Assembly: GCA_044222475.1 (NCBI GenBank)
Contig: JBGANF010000040.1
Coordinates: forward strand, 1 to 58,308
From: Polyangiaceae bacterium
GTDB lineage: Bacteria > Myxococcota_A > Polyangia > Polyangiales > Polyangiaceae
Reading direction: 5' to 3'
DNA: 58,308 bases
Below the pieces are notes generated by a model. That model ran no database searches. It had not been told where the DNA came from and was given only the letters and a program-made list of their open reading frames with translations. This document shows positions 48,755 through 57,507 of the stretch, piece by piece; positions within the stretch are counted from its first letter, which is position 1, and each line of letters starts with the position of its first letter. The position numbers and the translations under genes are program-made.

Positions 48755-48761
48755 CCGCCCT

Positions 48762-49682
48762 TCAGCGCGCCGGCTTCGGATCGCCGGGATCGAACGTTCG
48801 CTCGGGAGAGAAGAGCAGCGGGTCGCGGGTCACGTCGATGCGAACGCGCCCGATCTCGAGCTTGGCCGTGCCTCGCATGTCGAGGTTGCCGACGACTTCG
48901 TAGACCCCGACCTCCGCCGGGGCGCACGCGACCGGGCTCTTGACGAGGTGAACCTCCCCCGACGCGAGCTCGGGCGGGAGCTGGATGTCGTTCGTCTGCC
49001 CCGAGCACGACAGCGTCGCGCCTTGGCGGTAGGTGAGGAACACGATCTTCGCCGGCGCGAGCGGAAGCGTCTGCTTCGAAGCGTTGATGAACGCGATGAC
49101 GACCTGGTAGTCGCCACGCGCCCAGGCTTCCGGCGGGAGCGGGCGCGTCACCGCGGAGCCGGCCATTCCGACGAAGAGCCCCGGTCGGTCCTTCATCGCG
49201 CGGGGAGCTCGCGGGCTCTCGGCGACGTTCACGTCGAGGACGCCGGCGCGCTCGCCGCCGATCGCGACCGCGACTTCGTAGTGACCCGGTACGGCGAGCG
49301 TGCACGAGAGCTCGCGATCGAGCTCGAACGAGGCGCCCGGCGCGAGCGAGGAGGGCTCTCGCTCGGCGACCCCAGCAGGGGGAGCGGTCGCGCGACACGG
49401 GAAGCTCACGCCTTCGCGGGTGGCGCTCAGCGAGATCGCCAGTGGAGCGAGGTCCACCGCAACGGTCCCGCGGTTCGTGAGCGTGACGCCGATGATCTGG
49501 CCGCTGGGGCCGAACGACTCGGGATCGTACCGGAGCTCTCCCGTCGGACCGCGGAGCGCCACGGTGATCTCGGGATGAGCGCTCAGCGGCGCCGCTTTCG
49601 GAGGGGCGGTCGTCGTTGGCGGCGCGGGCGTACACGCGATGGAGATCATCGCGAACCCGACGAGCATCCGAACCGACACCAT
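48762..49682 (-). CDS. Hypothetical lipoprotein with two Ig-like domains
   Basis: Lipobox SIAC; LTNRG..LAPG..GHYEV repeated as FINAS..LASG..GVYEV. Confidence 0.55.
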   Translation of the reverse strand: MVSVRMLVGFAMISIACTPAPPTTTAPPKAAPLSAHPEITVALRGPTGELRYDPESFGPSGQIIGVTLTNRGTVAVDLAPLAISLSATREGVSFPCRATAPPAGVAEREPSSLAPGASFELDRELSCTLAVPGHYEVAVAIGGERAGVLDVNVAESPRAPRAMKDRPGLFVGMAGSAVTRPLPPEAWARGDYQVVIAFINASKQTLPLAPAKIVFLTYRQGATLSCSGQTNDIQLPPELASGEVHLVKSPVACAPAEVGVYEVVGNLDMRGTAKLEIGRVRIDVTRDPLLFSPERTFDPGDPKPAR

Positions 49683-49756
49683 GCGCGGACCTTATCCGAA
49701 GTCGGGTACCATCGGTACATGGGCGACGCCCCGGGGGACCGCGGAGGAAAATCGGC

Positions 49757-50494
49757 ATGATCGTCGAAGAGTCGGCCGTCGAGATCGACACTCCCACCGG
49801 CACGATGCGCACCTACGTGCATCGCCCGGCGGCATCCGTCCTCGCCGGACGACTCCACGGGGTGGTCCTCTACTCCGAGATCTTCCAGCGCACGGGGCCG
49901 ATCGCTCGCATGGCGACGATGCTCGCCGGCCATGGGTTCGTCGTCGCCGTTCCGGAGATCTTCCACGAGCTCGAGCCGGCGGGGACCGTGCTCGCCTACG
50001 ACCAGGCCGGCTCGGACGCAGGGAATCGCCACAAGACCGAGAAGCCGATTGGCGCGTTCGACGACGACGCTCGCGCCGTCATCGATCACCTCGTCGCGCG
50101 CCCCGACTGCGACGGCGTCGTCTGCACCATGGGCGTCTGCATCGGCGGGCACTTGGCCTTTCGTTGCGCGTTCGATCGTCGCATCCGCGCGGCTGCGTGC
50201 TTCTACGCGACCGACATCCACAAAGGCTCGCTCGGGAAAGGCGGCGACGACTCGCTCGCCCGCGCCGGCGAGATCGAAGGCGCGCTCATGATGGTCTGGG
50301 GCAAGAAGGACCCGCACATTCCGGACGAAGGGCGCGCGAAGATCCACGCGCGCCTCCAGGAGACGCACCGCCGCTTCACGTGGGAAGAGCACGACGCGGT
50401 CCACGCGTTCCTCCGCGACGAAGGCCCGCGCTACGACCCGGCGCTCGCGCTCGCGTCGTACCGGAAGGTGATCGACCTCTTCGCGTCGGTCTGA
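49757..50494 (+). CDS. Dienelactone hydrolase family protein
   Basis: SEIFQ, GVCIGGH nucleophile, DPHIP, HAFLRDEG; SD GGAGG. Confidence 0.9.
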   Translation: MIVEESAVEIDTPTGTMRTYVHRPAASVLAGRLHGVVLYSEIFQRTGPIARMATMLAGHGFVVAVPEIFHELEPAGTVLAYDQAGSDAGNRHKTEKPIGAFDDDARAVIDHLVARPDCDGVVCTMGVCIGGHLAFRCAFDRRIRAAACFYATDIHKGSLGKGGDDSLARAGEIEGALMMVWGKKDPHIPDEGRAKIHARLQETHRRFTWEEHDAVHAFLRDEGPRYDPALALASYRKVIDLFASV

Positions 50495-51004
50495 TCAGTC
50501 GCCGAGGCCGGGCGCGTGCGAGTGCTCGCTCTCCATCGCCTCGGTGAGCGACGGGTGGCACTCGATCATGCGGACGCAGCAGTTCCAGCGGAGGATGGCG
50601 TCCGGCGAGTCGGCCGGACCGATCTCCTCCGCGCGTTGGTACGCGGCAAGCGCGTGCTCCAGCGACGTGAGCGCGCTGTGGGCTTCGTTGCGCCTCAGGT
50701 GCGCCTTGGCGAGCCGCTCCCACGCGACGCCTTGGTGGTAGATGCGGTCGAACTCGTGCTGAAGCTTCGAGAAGACCCCGATCGCCTCCTCGAAGAGCCC
50801 GACCTTGAAGTCCGCGAGTCGATCGGTGAGAGCGAGGCCCAGAATCTTCAACGCGACCTGATGGTCCGGGTCCTCGGCGAGGATGTCGCGACAGATGCTC
50901 TCGGCTTCCTCGGGCTGGTTCAGGTCGCGGTAGTGCCGCGCCTTCTCCAGCGCTGCATCCAAGCTACGAGTCGCGAGGCGTTTGAGCTTGAAATCATGAC
51001 TCAT
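50495..51004 (-). CDS. TPR-like hypothetical protein downstream of sdhB
   Basis: ALEKARHYRDLNQPEEAESICRDIL, DAILRWNCC; 14 nt after the sdhB stop with an SD. Confidence 0.7.
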   Translation of the reverse strand: MSHDFKLKRLATRSLDAALEKARHYRDLNQPEEAESICRDILAEDPDHQVALKILGLALTDRLADFKVGLFEEAIGVFSKLQHEFDRIYHQGVAWERLAKAHLRRNEAHSALTSLEHALAAYQRAEEIGPADSPDAILRWNCCVRMIECHPSLTEAMESEHSHAPGLGD

Positions 51005-51018
51005 CGAAGAGCTCCCCC

Positions 51019-51873
51019 CTATTTCGATTTCGACTCTTTGCTGGCTTTCTTCTTCGGAGCCTTCGCGTTCGCCGACGGCTGATCCTGCACCACCGGGAGC
51101 TTCGCCTTCTTCTTCTTCTCGCCGTCACCGGCGACCTTGCCGAGGACCCAGCGAACCGGATCGAAGAAGTCGTCGGCGACGCGCTCCTTGAGCGGGATGA
51201 TGCCGTTGTCGGTGATGTTGATGTGCTCGGGGCAGACCTCGGTGCAGCAACGCGTGATGTTGCAGTAGCCGATGTTGAACTCGTCCTTGAGGAGCTCACG
51301 CCGATCGAGCGTGTCGAGCGGGTGCATGTCGAGCCCGGCGAGCGCGATGAGGAAGCGCGGCCCTGCGAACTCGGTCTTCTTGTCGTGGTCGCGGATGACG
51401 TGACAGGTGTTCTGGCAGAGGAAGCACTCGATGCACTTCCGGAACTCCTGGATGCGATCGATGTCGTCCTGTTGCATGCGCCACGTGCCGTCGGCGTCGC
51501 GCGGGCGCGGCTTGAAGGCCGGGATCTTCTCGGCCATGCGGAAGTTGTTCGACACGTCGGTGACGAGGTCCTTGATGATCGGGAAGGACTTCATCGGCGT
51601 GACGGTGATCTCCTCGCCTTCCTCGAACGCGGACATGCGCGTCATGCAGAGGAGGCGCGGCTTGCCGTTGATCTCGGCGCTGCACGAGCCGCAGCGGCCG
51701 GCCTTGCAGTTCCAGCGAACGGCGAGCGAGGGCTCGTCGGTGGCTTGGATGGCGTGGATCGCGTCGAGCACGACCATGCCCGGGTAGGTCTCGACCTCGT
51801 AGGTCTTGAACTCGCCGCCGTCGTCGTCGCCGCGATAGACCTGGAGCTTCGCTTTCTTGCCGGAGTCAGCCAT
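51019..51873 (-). CDS. sdhB: Succinate dehydrogenase/fumarate reductase iron-sulfur subunit
   Basis: CKAGRCGSC..C, CIECFLCQNTC, CNITRCCTEVCP; TGATG coupling. Confidence 0.95.
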   Translation of the reverse strand: MADSGKKAKLQVYRGDDDGGEFKTYEVETYPGMVVLDAIHAIQATDEPSLAVRWNCKAGRCGSCSAEINGKPRLLCMTRMSAFEEGEEITVTPMKSFPIIKDLVTDVSNNFRMAEKIPAFKPRPRDADGTWRMQQDDIDRIQEFRKCIECFLCQNTCHVIRDHDKKTEFAGPRFLIALAGLDMHPLDTLDRRELLKDEFNIGYCNITRCCTEVCPEHINITDNGIIPLKERVADDFFDPVRWVLGKVAGDGEKKKKAKLPVVQDQPSANAKAPKKKASKESKSK

Positions 51874-53675
51874 CACTCTTCCTCGAGCACTTTCTTGATC
51901 TCGTCCGGCAGCTCGGGCAGCGGCATCTCGTCGATGACCATCTCGCCCTTGTTCAGCTTCGAGACGATGTTGACCTTGCTGAAGTGTCCCTTGTCCGTGT
52001 CGGGGAAGTCGTCCCGTGCGTGCGCGCCGCGGCTCTCCTTGCGGGCGATCGCAGCGCGGCACATGGCCTCGGCGCAGATGAGCATGTTGCGGAGGTCGAT
52101 CGTCTGGTGCCAACCGGCGTTGAAGTGCCGGTTGTCCTCGACCTTGAGCGCCTCCGCGTCCTTCTTGATGCGGAGGATGTGCTCGAGGCCCTGCTTGAGA
52201 TCCTCCTCGACGCGGATGATCCCGACCCACTTCTGCATGTTCTCTTTGAGGTCGTCGTGGACGGCGAACGGGTTCTTTCCCTCTTCGCGGTTGAACGGAG
52301 CGAGCGCTTCCTGCGCTGCCGCTTCGATCTCGTCGTCGTCGAGGGAGGGCGCGGCCGCGTCCTTCGCGTACTTCGCCGCGTGGAGGCCGGCGATGCGCCC
52401 GAACACGAGGAGGTCGCTGAGCGAGTTTCCGCCGAGGCGGTTCGCGCCGTGCATCCCGGCGGAGCACTCGCCGCCAGCGAACAGCCCCTTGATGCGCGAC
52501 TCCTGCGTCTCCGGATCGACGCGGATGCCGCCCATCGTGTAGTGCGCGGTGGGACCGACCTCCATCGGCTCGGTCGTGATGTCGACGTCGCCGAGCTCCT
52601 TGAACTGGTGGTACATCGCCGGGAGCTTCTTCTTGATCACGTCGGCCGGGAGGCGCGTCGCGATGTCGAGGAAGACGCCGCCGTGCGGCGAGCCGCGGCC
52701 GGCTTTGACCTCGGCGTGGATCGCCCGGGCGACGACGTCGCGCGGGAGCAGGTCCGGCGTGCGCTTCGCGGTGCGGTCGCCCTTGAGGACCCAGCGATCG
52801 GCTTCTTCTTCCGTCGTCGCGGTGTCCTTCTTGTAGAGCTCGTGGATGTACTCGAACATGAAGCGCTTCTGATCCTTGTTCCGAAGCGTGCCGCCTTCGC
52901 CGCGGACGCCCTCGGTGATCAAGGTTCCGCGAACGCTCGGCGGCCAGACCATGCCGGTCGGGTGGAACTGCATGAACTCCATGTCCATGAGCTCGGCGCC
53001 GGCGAGGTACGCGAGGGCCTGACCGTCGCCGGTGCACTCCCACGAGTTCGAGTTGATCTTGAACATGCGGCCGATGCCGCCGGTCGCGAGGACGATCGCC
53101 TTGGTCGAGAACACGACGAAGCGCCCGTTCTCGCGCCAGTAGCCGAAGCAGCCGCGGATCTTCTCGCCGTCGGTGAGGAGGCGCGTGATCGTGCACTCCA
53201 TGTACACCTTGATGCCGAGGTGAACGCCGTGCTGCTGGAGCGTACGGATCATCTCGAGGCCGGTGCGATCGCCGACGTGCGCGAGGCGCGGGTACTTGTG
53301 GCCGCCGAAGTTGCGCTGGAGGATGCGCCCGTCGGGGGTGCGATCGAAGAGGGCGCCCCACTCCTCGAGCTCCTTCACGCGGTCCGGCGCTTCCATCGCG
53401 TGGAGCTGGGCCATGCGCCACTGGTTGAGGTAGCGCCCGCCCTTCATCGTGTCGCGGAAGTGGACCTTCCAGTTGTCCTTCGGCTCGACGTTGCCCATCG
53501 CCGCGGCGACGCCGCCCTCGGCCATGACGGTGTGCGCCTTGCCGAGCAGCGACTTGCAGATGAGACCGACGTTGAGCCCGGCGTTCGACGCCTCGATCGC
53601 CGCGCGGAGACCGGCGCCGCCGGCCCCGATGACGATGACGTCGTGCTCGTGCTTCTCGTATTCCTTTTTCGCCAT
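51873..53675 (-). CDS. sdhA: Succinate dehydrogenase/fumarate reductase flavoprotein subunit
   Basis: [16 protein letters not shown] (covalent FAD His), [29 protein letters not shown]. Confidence 0.96.
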   Translation of the reverse strand: MAKKEYEKHEHDVIVIGAGGAGLRAAIEASNAGLNVGLICKSLLGKAHTVMAEGGVAAAMGNVEPKDNWKVHFRDTMKGGRYLNQWRMAQLHAMEAPDRVKELEEWGALFDRTPDGRILQRNFGGHKYPRLAHVGDRTGLEMIRTLQQHGVHLGIKVYMECTITRLLTDGEKIRGCFGYWRENGRFVVFSTKAIVLATGGIGRMFKINSNSWECTGDGQALAYLAGAELMDMEFMQFHPTGMVWPPSVRGTLITEGVRGEGGTLRNKDQKRFMFEYIHELYKKDTATTEEEADRWVLKGDRTAKRTPDLLPRDVVARAIHAEVKAGRGSPHGGVFLDIATRLPADVIKKKLPAMYHQFKELGDVDITTEPMEVGPTAHYTMGGIRVDPETQESRIKGLFAGGECSAGMHGANRLGGNSLSDLLVFGRIAGLHAAKYAKDAAAPSLDDDEIEAAAQEALAPFNREEGKNPFAVHDDLKENMQKWVGIIRVEEDLKQGLEHILRIKKDAEALKVEDNRHFNAGWHQTIDLRNMLICAEAMCRAAIARKESRGAHARDDFPDTDKGHFSKVNIVSKLNKGEMVIDEMPLPELPDEIKKVLEEE

Positions 53676-54448
53676 CAGAAGAACCTCACGTCGGTGATCC
53701 AGTGCGCGGCGACGGAGCGGACGTAGAAGTCCGTGAGTGCGACGCCGAAGAGGCTCACCCACGCGAACTGCATGTGCTTCGTGTTGAGCATCGAGACGAA
53801 CTTCCAGAGCGAGTGGCGAAGGCCGCCGAGCGTCGCGGTCGAGTAGCTGTTCACGTTCCCGCCGACGAGGTGGCGGAGCGCGTGGCACGAGAGCGTGTAG
53901 AGCGAGAGGAGCGTCGCGTTCAGCGTGATGACGAGCGTGCCCACGTTGAGGTGAACGCCGTCGCTCCAGCCGGTGAGGCCCTTGAACGCGTCGTGCCAGA
54001 GGAACACGAGGAACATCAGCGCGACGTAGAGCGTGAAGCGGTGCAGGTTCTGGAAGATCCAGATGCCCTTCTCGCCGCTGTAGCTCTTCGCGTTGCGCTC
54101 ACCGACGGCGCACGCCGGGGGATCCATCGCGAACGCGCGGTAGTAGGCCTTGCGGTAGTAGTAGCAAGTGAACCGGAACGACGCGGGGCCGGCGAGGATG
54201 AGCATCGCGCCGGACACGGGAATCGGCCAACCCTTCGCCCAGCTCGTGTCGATGAGCGGCGAGTACATCGGCGACAGATACGGCCCGTCCATGTAGTTGG
54301 CGTTCTCGAACGCGCGGAACGTCGCGTAGACGATGAAGCTGCCGAGGATGGCGACGGTGAGGGCGGGCCCGAGCCACCACGAATCACGGCGAAGCGTCGC
54401 GCCGAGCCCACTCTGGAGGACCGGCAGACGGACAGAATTATTGGCCAT
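53675..54448 (-). CDS. sdhC: Succinate dehydrogenase membrane anchor, mycobacterial Sdh1 (Rv0249c)-like
   Basis: [41 protein letters not shown]; about 5 TM helices. Confidence 0.85.
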   Translation of the reverse strand: MANNSVRLPVLQSGLGATLRRDSWWLGPALTVAILGSFIVYATFRAFENANYMDGPYLSPMYSPLIDTSWAKGWPIPVSGAMLILAGPASFRFTCYYYRKAYYRAFAMDPPACAVGERNAKSYSGEKGIWIFQNLHRFTLYVALMFLVFLWHDAFKGLTGWSDGVHLNVGTLVITLNATLLSLYTLSCHALRHLVGGNVNSYSTATLGGLRHSLWKFVSMLNTKHMQFAWVSLFGVALTDFYVRSVAAHWITDVRFF

Positions 54449-54534
54449 ATCGGCGCCGAAAACTACTCCGCCGCGGGCGCATGCCGCAAGGGAAACCCTG
54501 GCGCGCAGGTGTCGTCCTTTGTGGGCGTGATAGG

Positions 54535-55422
54535 TCAGCGATCGAGCGGCACGACGATGCGCGGCTTCGGCCTCTGCGCCGAGCGCCTCGGATCCTGCGG
54601 GTGGAGCGGCGCGATCGCGGTCCCGATCGCGGTGAACTCGACGACCGGTACCGTCGGCCCGTAGGCCGACATGCGGCCTTGGATCGTCTGCGGGCGGTGC
54701 GCCGTCTCCATGACGGTCATCCCGACGATGCCGGTCGGCGCGTCGGGGTGGCCCGGCGGCCAGTGGGCGAAGAGATCGTGCTGGAGCCGCTCCATCGCGG
54801 TCTCGCGCGCTTCGAAGAACGCGCCGGTGTACGTGGAGATCTCGGCGTTGTGGCCGTAGTAGCGCTGGGCTTCCTTCGGATCGAGCTGGTACACGCAGCT
54901 GCCGCTCGCGACGGTGATCGGCCGATACCCGGCGCGCAGGAGCGCGACGAAATCCTGGCCGTTGAGATCGCTCATGAACGGCCCGCGATCGGCCAGGCGG
55001 AGGCTCGGCGCGGTTCGGAACTCGACCGGGCCGTGCTCGTGATCGAACGACACCGCGGTGCCCATCGCGACGAACTTCACGACTTGGTGTCCGCCGCGCC
55101 ACAGGTGGTGCTCGACCTCGAGCCGCACGCCGACGACGCCCTCCGCGTGGAGCTCGGCGGCTTGATGGCGCATGCGCCCGATCGCGAGGTGCCGCGCGTC
55201 GCGCACGGCGTGGCTGAGCATCACGACCTCTTCGGTTCGCACGTTCGCGGTGAGCGACCCGTTGCCGAAGAGCGCGTCCCACAGGTTCACTTGGTTCTGC
55301 GTCGAGGTGTCGGCCTCGTAGACGCTCGACCCGATCACGAGGCCGTGGGGGAGAAACCCCATGCGCGAGAGCGTGACGAACTCGGTCACGGAGAGATCAC
55401 TGAGCGCGGGTACCGGTCGCAT
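54535..55422 (-). CDS. Tandem YbjQ/UPF0145 (heavy-metal-binding-like) domain protein, paralog 4
   Basis: SDLSVTEF, GVVGVRL, FMSDLNGQDF, GIVGMTV, EFTAIGTA; TGATG coupling. Confidence 0.82.
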   Translation of the reverse strand: MRPVPALSDLSVTEFVTLSRMGFLPHGLVIGSSVYEADTSTQNQVNLWDALFGNGSLTANVRTEEVVMLSHAVRDARHLAIGRMRHQAAELHAEGVVGVRLEVEHHLWRGGHQVVKFVAMGTAVSFDHEHGPVEFRTAPSLRLADRGPFMSDLNGQDFVALLRAGYRPITVASGSCVYQLDPKEAQRYYGHNAEISTYTGAFFEARETAMERLQHDLFAHWPPGHPDAPTGIVGMTVMETAHRPQTIQGRMSAYGPTVPVVEFTAIGTAIAPLHPQDPRRSAQRPKPRIVVPLDR

Positions 55423-56531
55423 CAGTCCTCCGCTCGCTCGCTGCCGTGTTTCTCGACGACGACGCCGTTGGCCGAGATGACGAGCTCCGGCCGAGGCGGC
55501 GGGGCCTGCGTTCCCTCCATCGGGATCACGGCGGTGCCGATGACGAAGAGCTCGATCATCTCGCCGGTGCGCAGCGCGGCGTTGCCGGCGTCGAGGAAGT
55601 TGGTCCGCCACGCGTGCTCCTGCTCGCTCACGGTGACGCCGACGATGCCGGTCGCGTCGAGCGCCTCGGCTTCGGCTTGGAGTCGTTCCATCGCGAGCTC
55701 GCGCGCGTCGTAGAGCGCGTGGGTGTACGCCGGGAGCTCGCAGCTCAGCGAGTCGCGCGCCTGCAGCAGGTTCGGCGGCACGTAGTAGACGCAGTTGCCC
55801 ATGACGAAGCCGACGGGGCGGTACCCGGCGCGGAGCAGCGTCCAGAACTCTTGGCCGGTGAGATCGGACTGGAACGGCCGGCCCTTCTTGTTGCGGAAGC
55901 TCTTCCCGCCGGCGTGCTTCACCGCGGTTCCGATCGCCATGAACTCGGCGACGTTCTGACCGAGCGCGTAGAGCGCCTTCTCCGGCGGCCTCGCCCAGGG
56001 CGGCGGTTGCGGTCCCCAGCCCATGCGCTGGCACCAGCTCTGCCACTGCGACCACGCCGTCTGTTGCCAGTTGGTGCGCCACGCGCTGGCGCGCCCCCAC
56101 GAATCCAACCGCTGGAAGCCCGCACTCTCGGACCACTCGAGCCACTGCCGGAACTGCGTCCACGCGAGTCGCCACGGATCCGAGTTGAGGTTCACGATCG
56201 GTCGCACGCCGATGATGCCGTCCGCGCCGAGCGCCTCCGCCTCCTCTTCCATGCGCGTCATCGCGAGATCGCGTGCGTGGTAGAGCGCGCGCGTCATGTC
56301 CCAGAGCTCCACGCCCGGTTGGCCTGGCGGGATCTGGGGGAACGCGGGCGAGATTTGGTAGATCGACGTCCCCATCACGAGACCGAGGGGCTCGAAGCCG
56401 GCCTGCTTCACGAGCAGGAACTCACTCACCGAGAGGTCGCTCGTGAAGAGCTTCTTCTCGCGCATCTCGGCGAGACGCTCGCGGGCGTGCTGCGGAAGAT
56501 CGGCGGCGAACTTCGGGGGCGCTTCAGCCAT
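55422..56531 (-). CDS. Tandem YbjQ domain protein with Trp-rich insert, paralog 3
   Basis: FTSDLSVSEF, ADGIIGVR, SDLTGQEFW, ELFVIGTAV. Confidence 0.82.
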   Translation of the reverse strand: MAEAPPKFAADLPQHARERLAEMREKKLFTSDLSVSEFLLVKQAGFEPLGLVMGTSIYQISPAFPQIPPGQPGVELWDMTRALYHARDLAMTRMEEEAEALGADGIIGVRPIVNLNSDPWRLAWTQFRQWLEWSESAGFQRLDSWGRASAWRTNWQQTAWSQWQSWCQRMGWGPQPPPWARPPEKALYALGQNVAEFMAIGTAVKHAGGKSFRNKKGRPFQSDLTGQEFWTLLRAGYRPVGFVMGNCVYYVPPNLLQARDSLSCELPAYTHALYDARELAMERLQAEAEALDATGIVGVTVSEQEHAWRTNFLDAGNAALRTGEMIELFVIGTAVIPMEGTQAPPPRPELVISANGVVVEKHGSERAED

Positions 56532-57507
56532 CGGCGGCGTCTTCCTCGGCGTCGCGCGCCGCCTGTTCGACGTCGTTCTCGTCGTCGCCGGCCTCGATGG
56601 TCACGTCCTTGCCGCGGCCGAGGGGCGTCATCGAGAGGATCAGCTGCGGAACGTCGGCGTGGATGCGTCGCGCGGCTTGCGGAACGCGGCGCACCGCGGT
56701 GCCGAACCAGCTCACGTCGACGTCGAGATCGTTGCGGTCGCACTCGTTGAAGCCGCAGGGGACTTCCTTGACGGTGAGCGTGATGTCGCTCCCGACGACG
56801 AACTCGGCCTGGAACGTCTGCGCTTGGCGGGTGATGTTGCGGGCCGCGATGGAGCGCGCCCGGATGACGGCTTCGTTCGCGGAGTCGAGCTCGCCGTGAC
56901 GCGCCGACGACGTCGTCGCGTGCCACACGTGGTAGCGGCAGAACTCGAACAGGAACCCACACGGCTCGTAGCCCTCTTGCGCGAGCGCCCAGAGATCCTG
57001 ACCGGAGAGGTCGGTGATGATCGGTTGTCCGCGCGGGTGGACCATCCAGGGCGCGCGAACGGCGGTGCCGACGACGGTGAACTCGAGCACCTCGCCGCCG
57101 TCGTCGCCGCCTTTGCCGCGCTTGCCCATCGTGATCATGCGCTCGCGCAGGCGTGCGCCGATGACGGCGTCGGCGCCGACGTACGCCGCTTCTTGATAGA
57201 GGCGCGACACGGCGCGCTGGCGCGCGGTGCGGTGCGCGTCCGAGATGACCTTGATCTCGCCCGTCTCGCCTTTGTAGTCGGCGATCTGTCCGACGTGGAA
57301 GATCGAGCTCCCCATGACCTGCGAGATCGGCTCGCAGCGCGCGTCGCGCGAGAGGAGGAACTCGTTCACCGAGAGGTCGCTGGTGAAGAGGCGCCGGTAC
57401 GGTCCGGCCTCTTCGGCGAGGCGCTCCTGCGCGCGCAGCGGGATCCCGCCGCGCGCGACGTGATCGAGGCTCACCCGCAGATCGATGGGGGGGCGTTGCT
57501 GCGTCAC
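56524..57507 (-). CDS. Tandem YbjQ domain protein, paralog 2
   Basis: GTG overlapping the upstream TGA (57504-57507); FTSDLSVNEF, ADAVIGARL, TDLSGQDLW. Confidence 0.78.
   Translation of the reverse strand: MTQQRPPIDLRVSLDHVARGGIPLRAQERLAEEAGPYRRLFTSDLSVNEFLLSRDARCEPISQVMGSSIFHVGQIADYKGETGEIKVISDAHRTARQRAVSRLYQEAAYVGADAVIGARLRERMITMGKRGKGGDDGGEVLEFTVVGTAVRAPWMVHPRGQPIITDLSGQDLWALAQEGYEPCGFLFEFCRYHVWHATTSSARHGELDSANEAVIRARSIAARNITRQAQTFQAEFVVGSDITLTVKEVPCGFNECDRNDLDVDVSWFGTAVRRVPQAARRIHADVPQLILSMTPLGRGKDVTIEAGDDENDVEQAARDAEEDAADG

Noticed and set aside
43294..54448. Fumarase and sdh as a single TCA operon
   Set aside because: Opposite strands and separated by several unrelated genes
54459..54468. 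AGTAGTTTT upstream of sdhC, similar to the shared upstream motif
   Set aside because: Lacks the other motif blocks and the spacing; more likely part of a -10 region
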